Below, in pieces: positions 18,987 through 29,329 of a stretch of 64,000 bases of DNA. The translations under genes and the position numbers were made by a program. The number at the start of each line of letters is the position of its first letter. Within the stretch, counting starts at the first letter, position 1. Under the pieces are notes generated by a model, which worked only from the letters and a program-made list of their open reading frames with translations, ran no database searches and was not told the origin of the DNA. Source of the DNA: an uncultured Thermoleophilia bacterium (GTDB lineage: Bacteria; Actinomycetota; Thermoleophilia; UBA2241); NCBI GenBank assembly GCA_963765635.1, contig CAVXXF010000002.1, positions 914,411 through 978,410 on the forward strand, read 5' to 3'.

Positions 18987-20404
18987 TGGCCACCGAGCAA
19001 GTGGCCGTTCCGTCCGGCGCGGCCGCTCAGCCACAGCGCCTCAGCCTGCTTCGTGTGCTCGGGCCCATGCACGTTTGGGCTCTCGGCGTCGGCATCGTGC
19101 TCGTCGGCGAGTTCATGGGCTGGAACTTCACCGTGGCCAAAGGCGGCGTCTTCGGCGCCCTCGTGGCCTGCTGGTTCTCCGGCATTCTCTACTCCTGCGT
19201 GGCCATGATCGACTCCGAAGTGAGCTCCACCGTGGCCTCGGCAGGCGGGCAGTACGCCCAGGCCAAGCACATCCTCGGCCCTCTCGCGGCCTTCAACATC
19301 GCGCTGTTCATCATCTTCGAGTACTGCATGCTTGCGGCCGGCGACGCCCTCGTCATCGGAGCCATCGTCAACAGCCTCGACCCGGCTCTCAGCCCGGTGG
19401 CGTTCGTGGTGCTCTCGATTGCGTTTCTGGCGTGGCTGAACTATCGGGGCGTGCACACCACATTGACGTTCAACTTCGTCATCACGGCCCTCGCCTTCAT
19501 CACGATCCTCGTGCTGATCGTCGGCGCGGAGTTCTGGAACCCCGGCCACATCACGCAAACTCAGGCGCTGTTCGCGCAGCCTCCAGGCGGCGTCGATCCC
19601 AAGATGCCGTACGGCTGGCTGGGCATCCTCGCCGCGCTGCAGTTCGGCATCTGGTACTACCTCGGCATCGAGGGCACCTGTCAGACGGCCGAAGAGTGTC
19701 GCTCAGCGCCGCGGGCGTTGCCGGTCGGTACCATGTCCGGCCTCATCACTCTGCTGGTGGCCGCCACGCTCACCTGGTACATCTGCACCGCCCTGGTCAA
19801 CTGGATCACGCTGGGCGAGTCGCTCTACCCGCTCTACGACGCGGCCGTCAACACCGGCAAGGACTACTTGAAGGTCATCCTGTGGATCGGCACGGTGCTC
19901 AGTTGTCTCGCATCCGCCAACGGCTGCATCAACGACGCCTCACGGGCGTGGTTCGCCATGGGCCGCGACCAGTTCATCCCCCGGTGGTTTGGCGGTGTGC
20001 ACCCACGCTACAAGACGCCGTACCGCGCGATCCTTTTCCTCGTCCCGATCATGATCGCGTTCGGCTACACCGGGCTGCTCGACCAGGTGATCACCTTCTC
20101 GATCATCTCCGGCTGCCTGATCTACCTCATCATGCCTCTCAACATGATCCGCTTTCGCCGTCTGTACCCGATGGACTCGATCAGACGCGGCTATGTGTCC
20201 CCGTTCCATCCGCTGCCGTCGTACGTGCTGTTCGCCTTCGTGTCGTTGACGTTCCTGGCCATATACTTCGGCTTCTGGCGCAACCTCGTGGCAGCGATCG
20301 TGTTCTACAGCCTCTGCTCGGTGTGGTTCGTCCTTCACCGTTTCAAGTACGTGGACCGTGCCAAGCTCTATACGATGCCGTGGCCACGGCCCAAGGGCTA
20401 CTGA
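18986..20404 (+). CDS. APC-superfamily permease (ethanolamine/amine permease-like), candidate methylamine transporter
   Basis: 12-TM APC architecture. N-terminal LRVLGPMHVWALGVGIVLVGEFMGWNF resembles the EAT family. Confidence 0.7.
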   Translation: MATEQVAVPSGAAAQPQRLSLLRVLGPMHVWALGVGIVLVGEFMGWNFTVAKGGVFGALVACWFSGILYSCVAMIDSEVSSTVASAGGQYAQAKHILGPLAAFNIALFIIFEYCMLAAGDALVIGAIVNSLDPALSPVAFVVLSIAFLAWLNYRGVHTTLTFNFVITALAFITILVLIVGAEFWNPGHITQTQALFAQPPGGVDPKMPYGWLGILAALQFGIWYYLGIEGTCQTAEECRSAPRALPVGTMSGLITLLVAATLTWYICTALVNWITLGESLYPLYDAAVNTGKDYLKVILWIGTVLSCLASANGCINDASRAWFAMGRDQFIPRWFGGVHPRYKTPYRAILFLVPIMIAFGYTGLLDQVITFSIISGCLIYLIMPLNMIRFRRLYPMDSIRRGYVSPFHPLPSYVLFAFVSLTFLAIYFGFWRNLVAAIVFYSLCSVWFVLHRFKYVDRAKLYTMPWPRPKGY

Positions 20405-20421
20405 CGTGAGAGGAGGACGCC

Positions 20422-20862
20422 TTGTTTGAGACTCTGTTGGTAGCTACCGACGGTTCACGCGCGGCTCAGAAGGCCGTGGAATACGCGGTCGAGTTCGCCA
20501 AGCGCCACGACTCCCGGCTGATCATCTGCAACGTGACCTCGGAGAGGATGGTGAGGCTCCAGAGTGCCGAGCCGAACCCGCCGGACGTCGACATCTCGCT
20601 GGAGGGCGCCGGCGACCGCATCTCCACAGAGGCCCTGGCACGGGCCGAGGCGGCGGCGAAAGCGGCCGGCGTGAACTACGAGCTCGATGAGATCTACGGC
20701 AGAAACGTCGCGGCCGCCATCGCCAAGGAGGCCGTGGCCGTCGGCGCCGATCACATCGTCATCGGCTCGACCGGGCAGACCCAGCTTGCGACGTGCGTGC
20801 TGGGGTCGGTCGCGCAGAACGTGGTGCACTACGCCCACTGTCCCGTGACGGTGGTCAGATAG
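20422..20862 (+). CDS. universal stress protein UspA
   Basis: UspA fold signature ...HIVIGSTGQTQL...GSVAQNVVHYAHCPVTVV. Confidence 0.75.
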   Translation: MFETLLVATDGSRAAQKAVEYAVEFAKRHDSRLIICNVTSERMVRLQSAEPNPPDVDISLEGAGDRISTEALARAEAAAKAAGVNYELDEIYGRNVAAAIAKEAVAVGADHIVIGSTGQTQLATCVLGSVAQNVVHYAHCPVTVVR

Positions 20863-20908
20863 GTGCGCGAGTGGGGCCGCAGCCGCGGCATGGCGAGGAG
20901 AGGGTGAC

Positions 20909-21580
20909 ATGGACATCTTCTCTCTCCCCCTCAGGATCGCCATCGTCACGGCTGCGGCCCTGCTGCTGGGCTGGGTTTTTCTCGCCTACTTCCGGCGGGA
21001 CCGGAGCAAGATGGAGCACATGCTGGATCCGTTCCTCGGCGCCCTTGACGAGCCTCACACGGGGCGCAGCCCGTGGGGCTACGAGTTCGCCGAGGGAGCG
21101 CTTGACGGCCGTCCGGCCCGGGTGAGTCTCATCCCCGACTCGCTGATCACCCGCACCTTGCCCACGCTGTGGCTCGAGCTGCGCTGGGCGCGGCGTCACG
21201 ACGCCTGGCTCTGCGTCATCCTGGGGGCCAATGGCATGGAGTACTTCGCCGACGACGTCGACGAAGGCTCCCGGCTGATCTCGCCGCGCGAGTGGCCGGA
21301 GAGCGTCCTGGTGCGCGGGAAGGGCCCTGGGAGCGCTGCCTTGGCGCGGCGCCTGCGGGACCTAGACCTCACAGCCTACGAGGACCTCAAGATGTTCACG
21401 CTCAGCGAGACCGAGACCAAGGTGATCATGCGCTGTGCCCGGGCCGACGTGCCCTACTACAGAACACTGCGTTCGGCGGAATTCCCCGAAGACTCGGTGA
21501 AGCCCGAGCTGGTATCCGAGACAGTCCGCGTCCTGCGCGACATCGAGCGCACTCTGGATGCCGTGGAGGACGTCTCGTGA
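20909..21580 (+). CDS. hypothetical protein with N-terminal TM
   Basis: ORF with plausible codon usage; no family recognised. Confidence 0.4.
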   Translation: MDIFSLPLRIAIVTAAALLLGWVFLAYFRRDRSKMEHMLDPFLGALDEPHTGRSPWGYEFAEGALDGRPARVSLIPDSLITRTLPTLWLELRWARRHDAWLCVILGANGMEYFADDVDEGSRLISPREWPESVLVRGKGPGSAALARRLRDLDLTAYEDLKMFTLSETETKVIMRCARADVPYYRTLRSAEFPEDSVKPELVSETVRVLRDIERTLDAVEDVS

Positions 21581-22077
21581 CGAGCGGCCCCCGGCGCCCG
21601 AGGCAGCGCAAAGAAGAGCCCAAGGGGGTCCTGAGGAAGCCCCGCCCGGTGTGGTTCGTCACGCTCATGGCGTTCGTGCTCCCGGGCAGCGGCCAGGTGT
21701 TCAACGGCGCCCCGGCCCGAGGCGTCATCTTTCAGTTCGGCATAGTCCTGGGAGCGTTCATCTCGTATGAGCTGACCACGCCCGACATCTCTCCCCTCGG
21801 TCGCATGGCCGGCGGACTGCTGGTCTACGTGTTCTCCATCGTCGACGCCAACGGCATCGCCAAGCTTCGCGTCAAGGCTTGGGAGCGAATCGAGGCGGGC
21901 CAACCGCCTCGATACCGAAAGGGCATGGCGACCGAGGCGGCCGTCGAGGGCCGCCCAAGCGGCCTCAGCAAGAAGGGTGTAGCGAGCACTCCGGGCCGCA
22001 AGCGACCACCGCCCAGCGACGAGACGGCCGAATCTGGGGCACGCCAGACCCACGGTGACCACACCGGCACTCGCTGA
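21577..22077 (+). CDS. hypothetical membrane protein
   Basis: GTG start overlaps the previous stop; two TM segments. Confidence 0.4.
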   Translation: MTSGPRRPRQRKEEPKGVLRKPRPVWFVTLMAFVLPGSGQVFNGAPARGVIFQFGIVLGAFISYELTTPDISPLGRMAGGLLVYVFSIVDANGIAKLRVKAWERIEAGQPPRYRKGMATEAAVEGRPSGLSKKGVASTPGRKRPPPSDETAESGARQTHGDHTGTR

Positions 22078-22093
22078 CCCGAAAGGGGACCGC

Positions 22094-22303
22094 ATGACGG
22101 TGATGCTTTACACGAAGCCCGACTGCCCGTATTGCGACGCCGCACGCCGGTATCTCGACGAGCGCGAGGTCGCGTATGAGGAGAGGGATATCACGACGAA
22201 TCCGGCCGCCGAGGAAGAGGTGGCCGCGATCACCGGAGGTCCGCTGACGGTCCCCATCACGGTCGAAGACGGGGAGGTGCGGGTAGGCTTTCCCTACACC
22301 TGA
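22094..22303 (+). CDS. glutaredoxin-like protein (NrdH/Grx, CPYC)
   Basis: MLYTKPDCPYCDAARRYL ... GGPLTVPITVEDGE. Confidence 0.65.
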   Translation: MTVMLYTKPDCPYCDAARRYLDEREVAYEERDITTNPAAEEEVAAITGGPLTVPITVEDGEVRVGFPYT

Positions 22304-22646
22304 GGTGGCGCGCGGGGTCGGACGCGCTGGATCTGGCAGCACGACCCCGAGCGCCGGCGCGCGTGACGCGCTGCTGAGCGTTGACGGAAGGCCACCTCGT
22401 GGGTACATAATGCATGCTGACACGGTCACGGAGCGCAGCGGCTGTGTCAGTCGTCGAACCGCGGCCGGAAGCCCCGACCGCGGGGAAGAGGGGGGTTGAA
22501 GGCAACGATGCCGGAGGTCGTGAGTCGCACAGGGTGGTTGCTCGCGGACCTCAAGGCAGGGCTGCCTGTTGGTCGCGCCTCGCCGCGCTCCCCCCCGCGA
22601 CAGATCGCCCCACTGAGTTCTCTATACGAAACGGAGGTGTTACGCA

Positions 22647-24044
22647 GTGAGCAATGTATGGACCCGAATGGGTGACGGCCAGGCCGTCGTGATGACGAGC
22701 GACGAACTTCGCAAGGACATCATCGAGGCGTCCGAGGATGCCGCCGACAAGGGCAAAGTCCCGATTCTCGAAGACAACGAGATCGACAAGATGATGGAGA
22801 TCTTCACCGCTCCATGGCGTGTCATCGGTGTCGAGCCCGGCCACGAAGTACCCCTCACCAAGGATGAAACGGCGTGCACGCTGATCTCTTCGCAGCTGTC
22901 GAGCGGCTCGCACCTGCCCATCAGTCGCGAAGCCGCCGTCGAGATCTTCGAGCGCGTCTTCGCCTTCGACACCATGGAGCTGGGCTGGATCGACTACTCG
23001 TTCAAGCAGGCCAAGCCGATGGTCTCGCTCGACCAGGTCTCCATCGAGCGCCTTCTGGCGACCACGGTGTTCCCCATTCTCTACGGCGCGATGCCGAACA
23101 TGGGGCTCTACTACACGCCTGACGGGCCCTTCACCAACCCGGCCGACCTTCTCGGCATGATGAAGGTCGAAGAGGCGCGGGAGATGCAGATGAAGGCCTC
23201 CGAGCTCTGCGAGGAGGACATGATCTTCGTCTGCAAGCGTATGGCCGAGATCGGCGCCGACGGCATCGACTTCGACACCACCGCTTCGGCCGGTGACGCC
23301 GACTTCCTGGCCGTGCTCAAGACGGTCGAGGAGCTCAAGAAGACCACCAACCTCGGCATCGAGGTCGGCATGTCCGGCGAGTTCATCCTGGGCATGCACG
23401 GCGAGGTGGAGTACAAGGGCACGAAGCTCGCCGGCCTGTGGCCGCACCAGCAGCTCAAGGTCGTTGAGCAGGCGGGCGCGGACATGTTCGGTCCTGTCGT
23501 GAACACCAAGACCAACAAGTCGGCGGCCTGGAACGTCGCCCGCGCCGTGACCATGGTGAAGGAAGTGTGCAAGCAGGCCACGATCCCGATCCACGCCAAC
23601 GTGGGAATGGGCGTGGGTGGCACGCCGATGTTCGAGACGCCGCCTGTCGACGCTCTCAGCCGCGCAAGCGTCGCGATGGTCGAGATCGCCAAAGTCGACG
23701 GGTTGTAGGTGGGTGTGGGCGATCCCTTCGGGATGTCCCTTACGCACGCGATTGCCTCCGGAATGGGTGGCATTCGTACCGCTGGAGATCTGGTGGCGCG
23801 GATGCAGCTCAACTACAAGATGAGACTCCCTGAGGCCAAGAAGTACGTGGCGGACAAGCTTCACGTGAGTGCTTTTGACCTGTCGGACTCCACCGTGATG
23901 CGCCAACTGCGGGAAGAGCTTGACATCGGCCTCATCGAGGCCGTCCCCGGTATGGCCAAAGGCTTGGCGGCGAAGGACCACATCGCCAGGCTCCTGGACA
24001 TCAAGATCGATTGCGTGGAGAAGCTCAAGGAGAAGCTCGCCTGA
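22647..24044 (+). CDS. mtbB: dimethylamine:corrinoid methyltransferase with in-frame UAG (predicted pyrrolysine) at 23706-23708
   Basis: The ORFs 22647-23708 and 23709-24044 share a frame across [21 protein letters not shown] aligns to the MtbB pyrrolysine site (VEIAGVDGI-O-IGVGDPLGM). Strong identity ([25 protein letters not shown]). Confidence 0.8.
23706..23708 (+). other. in-frame amber codon in mtbB, predicted pyrrolysine
   Basis: TAG at the conserved position with frame continuity. Confidence 0.75.
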
Positions 24045-24105
24045 CGGCACGGGTCTTGCGGGATCCCCCCAAGGCTTGCCCAAACTGACCGCTGGAGGTC
24101 ATAGC

Positions 24106-24750
24106 ATGGCAAATGAAGACTTCTACACCGAAGCGATGGAGGCCATCCGCGCCTGCGACAGGGTCAAGGCCACCGATGTGGCTACCAGGGCTCTCGCGGC
24201 GGGCGTCGCTCCGGACGACCTGCTCAAGCTGGGCTTCATCCCCGGCATCGCGAAGATGGGCGACCTCTTCGAGCGCGGCGAGGTGTTCCTCCCCGAGCTC
24301 GTGCTCGCCGCGGACGCCATGACCGGCGCCGCCGAGGTGTGCAACGCGGCGCTGCCCGAGGGTGAGGGTGGCAAGAAAGCGGTCGTCGTCATCGGGACCG
24401 TGCAGGGCGACGTCCACGATATCGGCAAGACCATCGTCGTCGCCTTCCTGCGTGCCAACGGCTACGACGTCACCGATCTCGGCCGCGATATCTCCGGTGA
24501 CAAGTTCATCGCCGCAGCTGAGGAGCTCAACGCCGACGTCATCGGCATGAGCGCGCTGCTCACCACGACCATGCGTGAGCAGACCCGCGTGATCGAGGCC
24601 CTCAAGGCCGCCGGTGTACGCGACAAATACAAGGTCATCGTCGGCGGCGGCGCCTGCACGGAGCAGTGGGCCACCAAGATCGAGGCCGATGCCTACGCAG
24701 AAGACGCCAACGACGGCGTGCGCAAGATCAACCAGCTCACGGGCAATTGA
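24106..24750 (+). CDS. mtbC: dimethylamine corrinoid protein (B12-binding)
   Basis: GDVHDIGK motif; paralogous to mtmC. Confidence 0.8.
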   Translation: MANEDFYTEAMEAIRACDRVKATDVATRALAAGVAPDDLLKLGFIPGIAKMGDLFERGEVFLPELVLAADAMTGAAEVCNAALPEGEGGKKAVVVIGTVQGDVHDIGKTIVVAFLRANGYDVTDLGRDISGDKFIAAAEELNADVIGMSALLTTTMREQTRVIEALKAAGVRDKYKVIVGGGACTEQWATKIEADAYAEDANDGVRKINQLTGN

Positions 24751-25006
24751 CCGCACGCTCGTAGACGCTCAACTCGGCGGCGCGACCGGGCCGGATCCGC
24801 AACGCGGGCCCGGCCGTGCCGCCGAAGTAGGGCTCTTCAAGTCGCCGAGCCTGGCCTGAGCGCAGCACGCGGCCGGATAGCTGCGCCCGGAGCTCAGATC
24901 GGGGCTGCGAGTGGCGAGGTCATGACACCCCCTCCGCCTCGCAGCCCCGATTTAGTGAAGACCGGTCGAATGCCGGCCTGTGTCTGCCAGAGACGTCCCG
25001 AAAGCT

Positions 25007-25462
25007 CTATTCCTTGGCCGGGACCACCAAGACCGGTACGTGGGCCGTATGCAGCAGTGCCTGGGTCGTGGATCCGAGCACGGTGGTCGCCTCAGAGGCG
25101 CCGGCGCCTTTGGCGCCGACGACGATCATGTCGGCATCGACCTCACGCGCCACGGTGACCACGATCGCCGCCGGATTCCCGCGGCTGCAGGCGGTGCCCG
25201 CCTCGATCCCGACGGCCCGCACCGTCTGAGCCGCCTCCTCGAGATCGGCGTTGATCTTGTCCTCCATCTGGTCCCAATGCTTCTCCATCTCCATCGCCGC
25301 CTGCCACAACGGCTCATAGCCGAGCCAGCCAGGGCGACGGTCGTGGCCGCAGGTGATGAAGATCTTGCTCCCTGGCCTGTCCTTGGCCAAGCCGATGGCC
25401 GCGTCCAAGGCGTTCTTGGCCGCCTTGGAGCCGTCATATCCGACCACGAAGGTGTTCGCCAT
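25007..25462 (-). CDS. universal stress protein UspA
   Basis: UspA signature. Confidence 0.75.
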   Translation of the reverse strand: MANTFVVGYDGSKAAKNALDAAIGLAKDRPGSKIFITCGHDRRPGWLGYEPLWQAAMEMEKHWDQMEDKINADLEEAAQTVRAVGIEAGTACSRGNPAAIVVTVAREVDADMIVVGAKGAGASEATTVLGSTTQALLHTAHVPVLVVPAKE

Positions 25463-25614
25463 GCCGCACGCTCCTCTCTCAGTGCAATTGACCGGCCGGC
25501 GCGCCGCCGACCGGAAAGGACAGCCTCAGCCGTGCCCATCGATTCGGGTGGGGCATGCGTCCGCGACAAGGTCGCGGACGCATGCCCCGGACAGGCCTGC
25601 GGCCATCCTGTTGA

Positions 25615-27225
25615 TCAGTACGTCTCACGCACCCCAGCGAAGAACACTTCGTGGTCGTCCACCGGCTCCGCGGAGACGGCGTCGAGCTGCTCTTGCGACG
25701 GCGGCTTGGTGAGGAAGGTCACGACTACGAGCGTGACGAAGGCGAGGATCACGCCGATGACCGCGAAGCCATAGCCGGTATCGATCAGCGCCTGCGGAGC
25801 CGGGTAGTCGTACTCCAGCACGTACTTCTCGACGAGGTAGAACACCAGCGTCCCGACCCCGCCGACCAGAGACGCGGTAAACGCGGCCGCGTAGCCGACC
25901 CGCTTCCAGAACATGGCCAGCACCGCCACGGCGACGCCGGCCGAGAGCAGGCCGCTGGAGAAGTAGTAGGCGTCCCACAGGGCGTTCGGCAGCGTGTCGA
26001 TGAGGAACGTCACGCCGAGGGTCACGATAACGGTGACCAGCGACGCGATCCGGCTGAAGAACACGATGCGCGCGTCGCCCCAGCCGCGCTTGCGGTAGAC
26101 GAGCGGCTGCAGGACATCGTAGCTGGCGTTCAGGGCCGACACGTTGGTGAACGTGGCGATGGTGGCGATGGCGTGGGCCGCCAGCAGACAGAACGTGATC
26201 ACCAGCAGCCACGGCGGGAAGTACTCGGTGAGGAACACCGGCATGAGCTGGTAGGGGTCGCCTCCGAGCAGATTCTGGAACTGCTCGGGCGGATAGAGCA
26301 CGAGGCCAAAGAGGCCGATGAGGCTCGGCAGCGCGAGGATCCAGATGATGTTGTAGACGAGGTTGGCCCAGATGCCGTTCCGTGCCGCGCGAGTGCTGGT
26401 GGCCGACTGTGCCTTGAGCCACCAGTCTTCCTCGATCATCCACCCGGGAAGGAGTGCTATGAGCGAGAAGAAAGCGAACGGTATGCCGAGACTGAACAAG
26501 GTCATGGCGCTTTGGCCCGGTGCGTTGCCCGGCGGGACCACATTCGAGAGGTAATTGAGCATGCTCTGCCCCTCGGGCAGATGGTTGAACGACTCATAGG
26601 TCATCACGATGGTGACGATGGTGACGAACGCCACGCCCATGGCGAACTGCAGCAGGTTGGCACTGATGACCGCGTGGAAGCCGCCCAGCGCCATGTACAC
26701 CGCGACCGGCACCGCGAAGACGATGTACAACACCCAGGGTTCGACGCCAAATGAAGGCGCGAGGTACTGCGACACCGTCCAGATCTCGGCGGCCGACCAG
26801 ATGACGAAGGCGATGATGTTGAACGGGCTGACCAGCACGCGGAGACCTAGCCCGAAGCGCTGCTGCAGGCATTGCGGCTGCGAGATCGCCTTGAAGCGTC
26901 GCACGTTGGGCACCAGGATGACCATGGTGAACAGCAGCACGGTCCATGGGACGACCATGGACCAGATGCCGCCGATGCCATACATGTAGGTATTGGCCAT
27001 GGCCCAGGTGATGAAGCCGATCAGGAACCAGCCGGCGGCGATGGCGCAGCCGACGACCAGGGCGCTGTTGCTGCGTTTGGCGATCCAGTAGTCGTCGTGC
27101 TCGTCGGTGGCTGTCTTCTGCTTCTTCTGGAAGTTGTAGGTCCAGACGCCGATCCCGATGAGCACGAACATGTACGGGATGACGATCGCCCAGTACCAGA
27201 TAGGACTGGCTGCAGCTATGATCAT
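25615..27225 (-). CDS. sodium:solute symporter (SSS) family transporter
   Basis: 13-TM SSS-like architecture, 536 aa. Confidence 0.7.
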   Translation of the reverse strand: MIIAAASPIWYWAIVIPYMFVLIGIGVWTYNFQKKQKTATDEHDDYWIAKRSNSALVVGCAIAAGWFLIGFITWAMANTYMYGIGGIWSMVVPWTVLLFTMVILVPNVRRFKAISQPQCLQQRFGLGLRVLVSPFNIIAFVIWSAAEIWTVSQYLAPSFGVEPWVLYIVFAVPVAVYMALGGFHAVISANLLQFAMGVAFVTIVTIVMTYESFNHLPEGQSMLNYLSNVVPPGNAPGQSAMTLFSLGIPFAFFSLIALLPGWMIEEDWWLKAQSATSTRAARNGIWANLVYNIIWILALPSLIGLFGLVLYPPEQFQNLLGGDPYQLMPVFLTEYFPPWLLVITFCLLAAHAIATIATFTNVSALNASYDVLQPLVYRKRGWGDARIVFFSRIASLVTVIVTLGVTFLIDTLPNALWDAYYFSSGLLSAGVAVAVLAMFWKRVGYAAAFTASLVGGVGTLVFYLVEKYVLEYDYPAPQALIDTGYGFAVIGVILAFVTLVVVTFLTKPPSQEQLDAVSAEPVDDHEVFFAGVRETY

Positions 27226-27623
27226 GTATTCCCCCTACTCAGTGTGGACCCGACCACGACAGACCCGGAGAGGTATACCGGCCTCCGTCCGGTGTCGAGG
27301 CTCTGAACAGCATCTGCGCGATGCTGGAGACCGGTCATCCGCTCGATCAGCCAAGGGCATCACCTCCCCAGCCTAGGGGGGATGCCCAAGGATCCGGCGA
27401 AGAGCACGGACCTGTCACCACGGGCAGGCCAAAGGCCCTCGATGAAGCATCTGGCGACCGTTCAGACAAAGCCAAGTCCGCGCCTTCCCTCCGTGGCGAG
27501 ACAGCTCCACTCTTGAGTGGAGAGTCCCGCCTGTATTTAGTGCAAGCTAATGCGCCTTCGCGGCCGCGTCAATAGGCAGCGCACCGACCATCGACAGTCC
27601 GGGTCGTCTCGCTCCACGACGAT

Positions 27624-28499
27624 TCACTTCTCACGCACCCACCGTCTGTAGATTCGAGCCGCCCGCCGGTCCATGTCAAGCGTGATGTCGACACCGTCGC
27701 GTTCAAGCGCCTCCGCGGCGCCCGGGACGCGCGCGCGACGCAGGCAGATGAGTGCGCTGAGCAGGAGGCTCCGCCGACGTTTGTCCTCGGAGCGCAGTGA
27801 TTCCTCGATGATCGGGACGACGTCGCCACGAAGCTCCGCCATCCCCAGTGAGAGAAGGGCTGCCACTGCGACTCCGCCGAACTGGGGCGCGACCTCGATG
27901 ACGTGTCGCACGCCCGCGAAACGCATGCCGTTGACGCTCAGGCGTGCCTCCATACGTTCTCTGTGGACCCGCGAGTACATCCGTATGAAGGTGCTGTTGC
28001 CATCATCACGCTCGGTGCTGGCCTTCATGCGCGCGAGCTGACGGTCTATCTCCTCGTTTCGTAGGCGGCCCAACAGCTCGACCCTCTCGGCCATGCGAGT
28101 GGCGGGCTCGGCAAGGTCGGGAGCCTCTTCGCCGGCCGCGATCGCGCGCAGCAGCTCGTGCGCGGCCGGCAGATCGCGGTATCGAGCGTAAAGATAGACG
28201 GCATGAAGGGCGCCCTGGCGGCGTAACTCCTCGTCCGACCCCAGCTGGGCGGCGATCGCCGGGAATGTCTCCTCACCAAGCTCGACGAGCACGGCGCCCG
28301 CACTGCGCTGCCACTGCTCATCGCCCAGCAAGTCCATCAGGGCGGTCTGGCCACCACCACCCAGCGACTCTAAGGCGACCCGAGCGGCGTGACGCTTGTC
28401 ACGCCGCTTCGCGGATTCAAAGGCTTCGATCAGTCCGGTGACATCGCCGGCGTCTCGCATGGCCGCGATCTTGTCCCCGCTCGACAACCGCTTAGGCAT
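27624..28499 (-). CDS. HEAT-repeat (PBS-lyase-like) protein
   Basis: Repeated alpha-helical pairs. ATG at 28499 preceded by GGGAGGA; the longer track ORF was rejected. Confidence 0.5.
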   Translation of the reverse strand: MPKRLSSGDKIAAMRDAGDVTGLIEAFESAKRRDKRHAARVALESLGGGGQTALMDLLGDEQWQRSAGAVLVELGEETFPAIAAQLGSDEELRRQGALHAVYLYARYRDLPAAHELLRAIAAGEEAPDLAEPATRMAERVELLGRLRNEEIDRQLARMKASTERDDGNSTFIRMYSRVHRERMEARLSVNGMRFAGVRHVIEVAPQFGGVAVAALLSLGMAELRGDVVPIIEESLRSEDKRRRSLLLSALICLRRARVPGAAEALERDGVDITLDMDRRAARIYRRWVREK

Positions 28500-28721
28500 A
28501 TGGTCCTCCCTCGCGCGCCTCGATCCCCAGGTCCAGCGTGATGGCGCGACCACAGGGTATATGTACTCGAGGGGACAGGCCAGTGCACGAGGCATGCAGG
28601 TGAGCCTGACCGGATACGGGGATGCGCACTGCGACCCTTTACGTACCCTGCCCTCGTCGCCGGCCGCTCGATCGTGCAGGCTCACACTGGGGGCGAGCGC
28701 CTCACTCGCCCGCTGGCGGCA

Positions 28722-29048
28722 TCAACCGCCGGAGATCGCCACGAGCGCGTCTTTGGGGAACGCCAGCTCCGCGGCCACGCGCATCGCCTTCAGCGCCGAA
28801 GCCGGCACGATGCAGTCGGTGCAGCAGCGGCCCTCACGGCCCGCGGCGAGCACGGTGTTCTCGCTGCGGGGATCGATCTCCTTGTAGGCGTCGAGTGGCG
28901 ACCGTTCGGCGAGCAGCGCCGCAAACCGGGTCACGTTGTCGCAGTCGGTCTCGAGAACGATGCTCACGGCACGGCCGTCACTCGTCTCGGCGCGCGCGAG
29001 CGTACGAAAGCCACAGATGCCGGGCTGGATATCCGCCTCTGCTTGCAT
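28722..29048 (-). CDS. hypothetical 108-aa Cys-containing protein (C12, C36, CCxxC)
   Basis: ORF with an 18-bp perfect palindrome 35 bp upstream; no family recognised. Confidence 0.35.
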   Translation of the reverse strand: MQAEADIQPGICGFRTLARAETSDGRAVSIVLETDCDNVTRFAALLAERSPLDAYKEIDPRSENTVLAAGREGRCCTDCIVPASALKAMRVAAELAFPKDALVAISGG

Positions 29049-29082
29049 GGGATGGGCCTTTCTGACGTTTTCCTAACTCACT

Positions 29083-29100
29083 TATACCCCATGGGGTATA
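29083..29100. promoter_or_regulatory. 18-bp perfect palindrome TATACCCCATGGGGTATA between the small Cys protein gene and mttB
   Basis: Read directly; located in the divergent promoter region. Confidence 0.45.
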
Positions 29101-29329
29101 CGCCGTCAAGGCGCCGCAACGACGACAGGCTGTTGATTCGCCGTCCGTGCGTGAGATACTAGCTCTACCGAGGCGGTCTGGAGGGCGCTTGTCGCGCTGT
29201 GACAGCGCCCCTCGAGTGGACCGCATTGCGTGCGACTCAGTGAGAGGAGGGATGCTGCTCCGGAACACAAGGCGGTGACCGCCCAGAAAGCGGCGGTCAC
29301 GGCGCCACCACCATCCCAAAGGAGGAATT

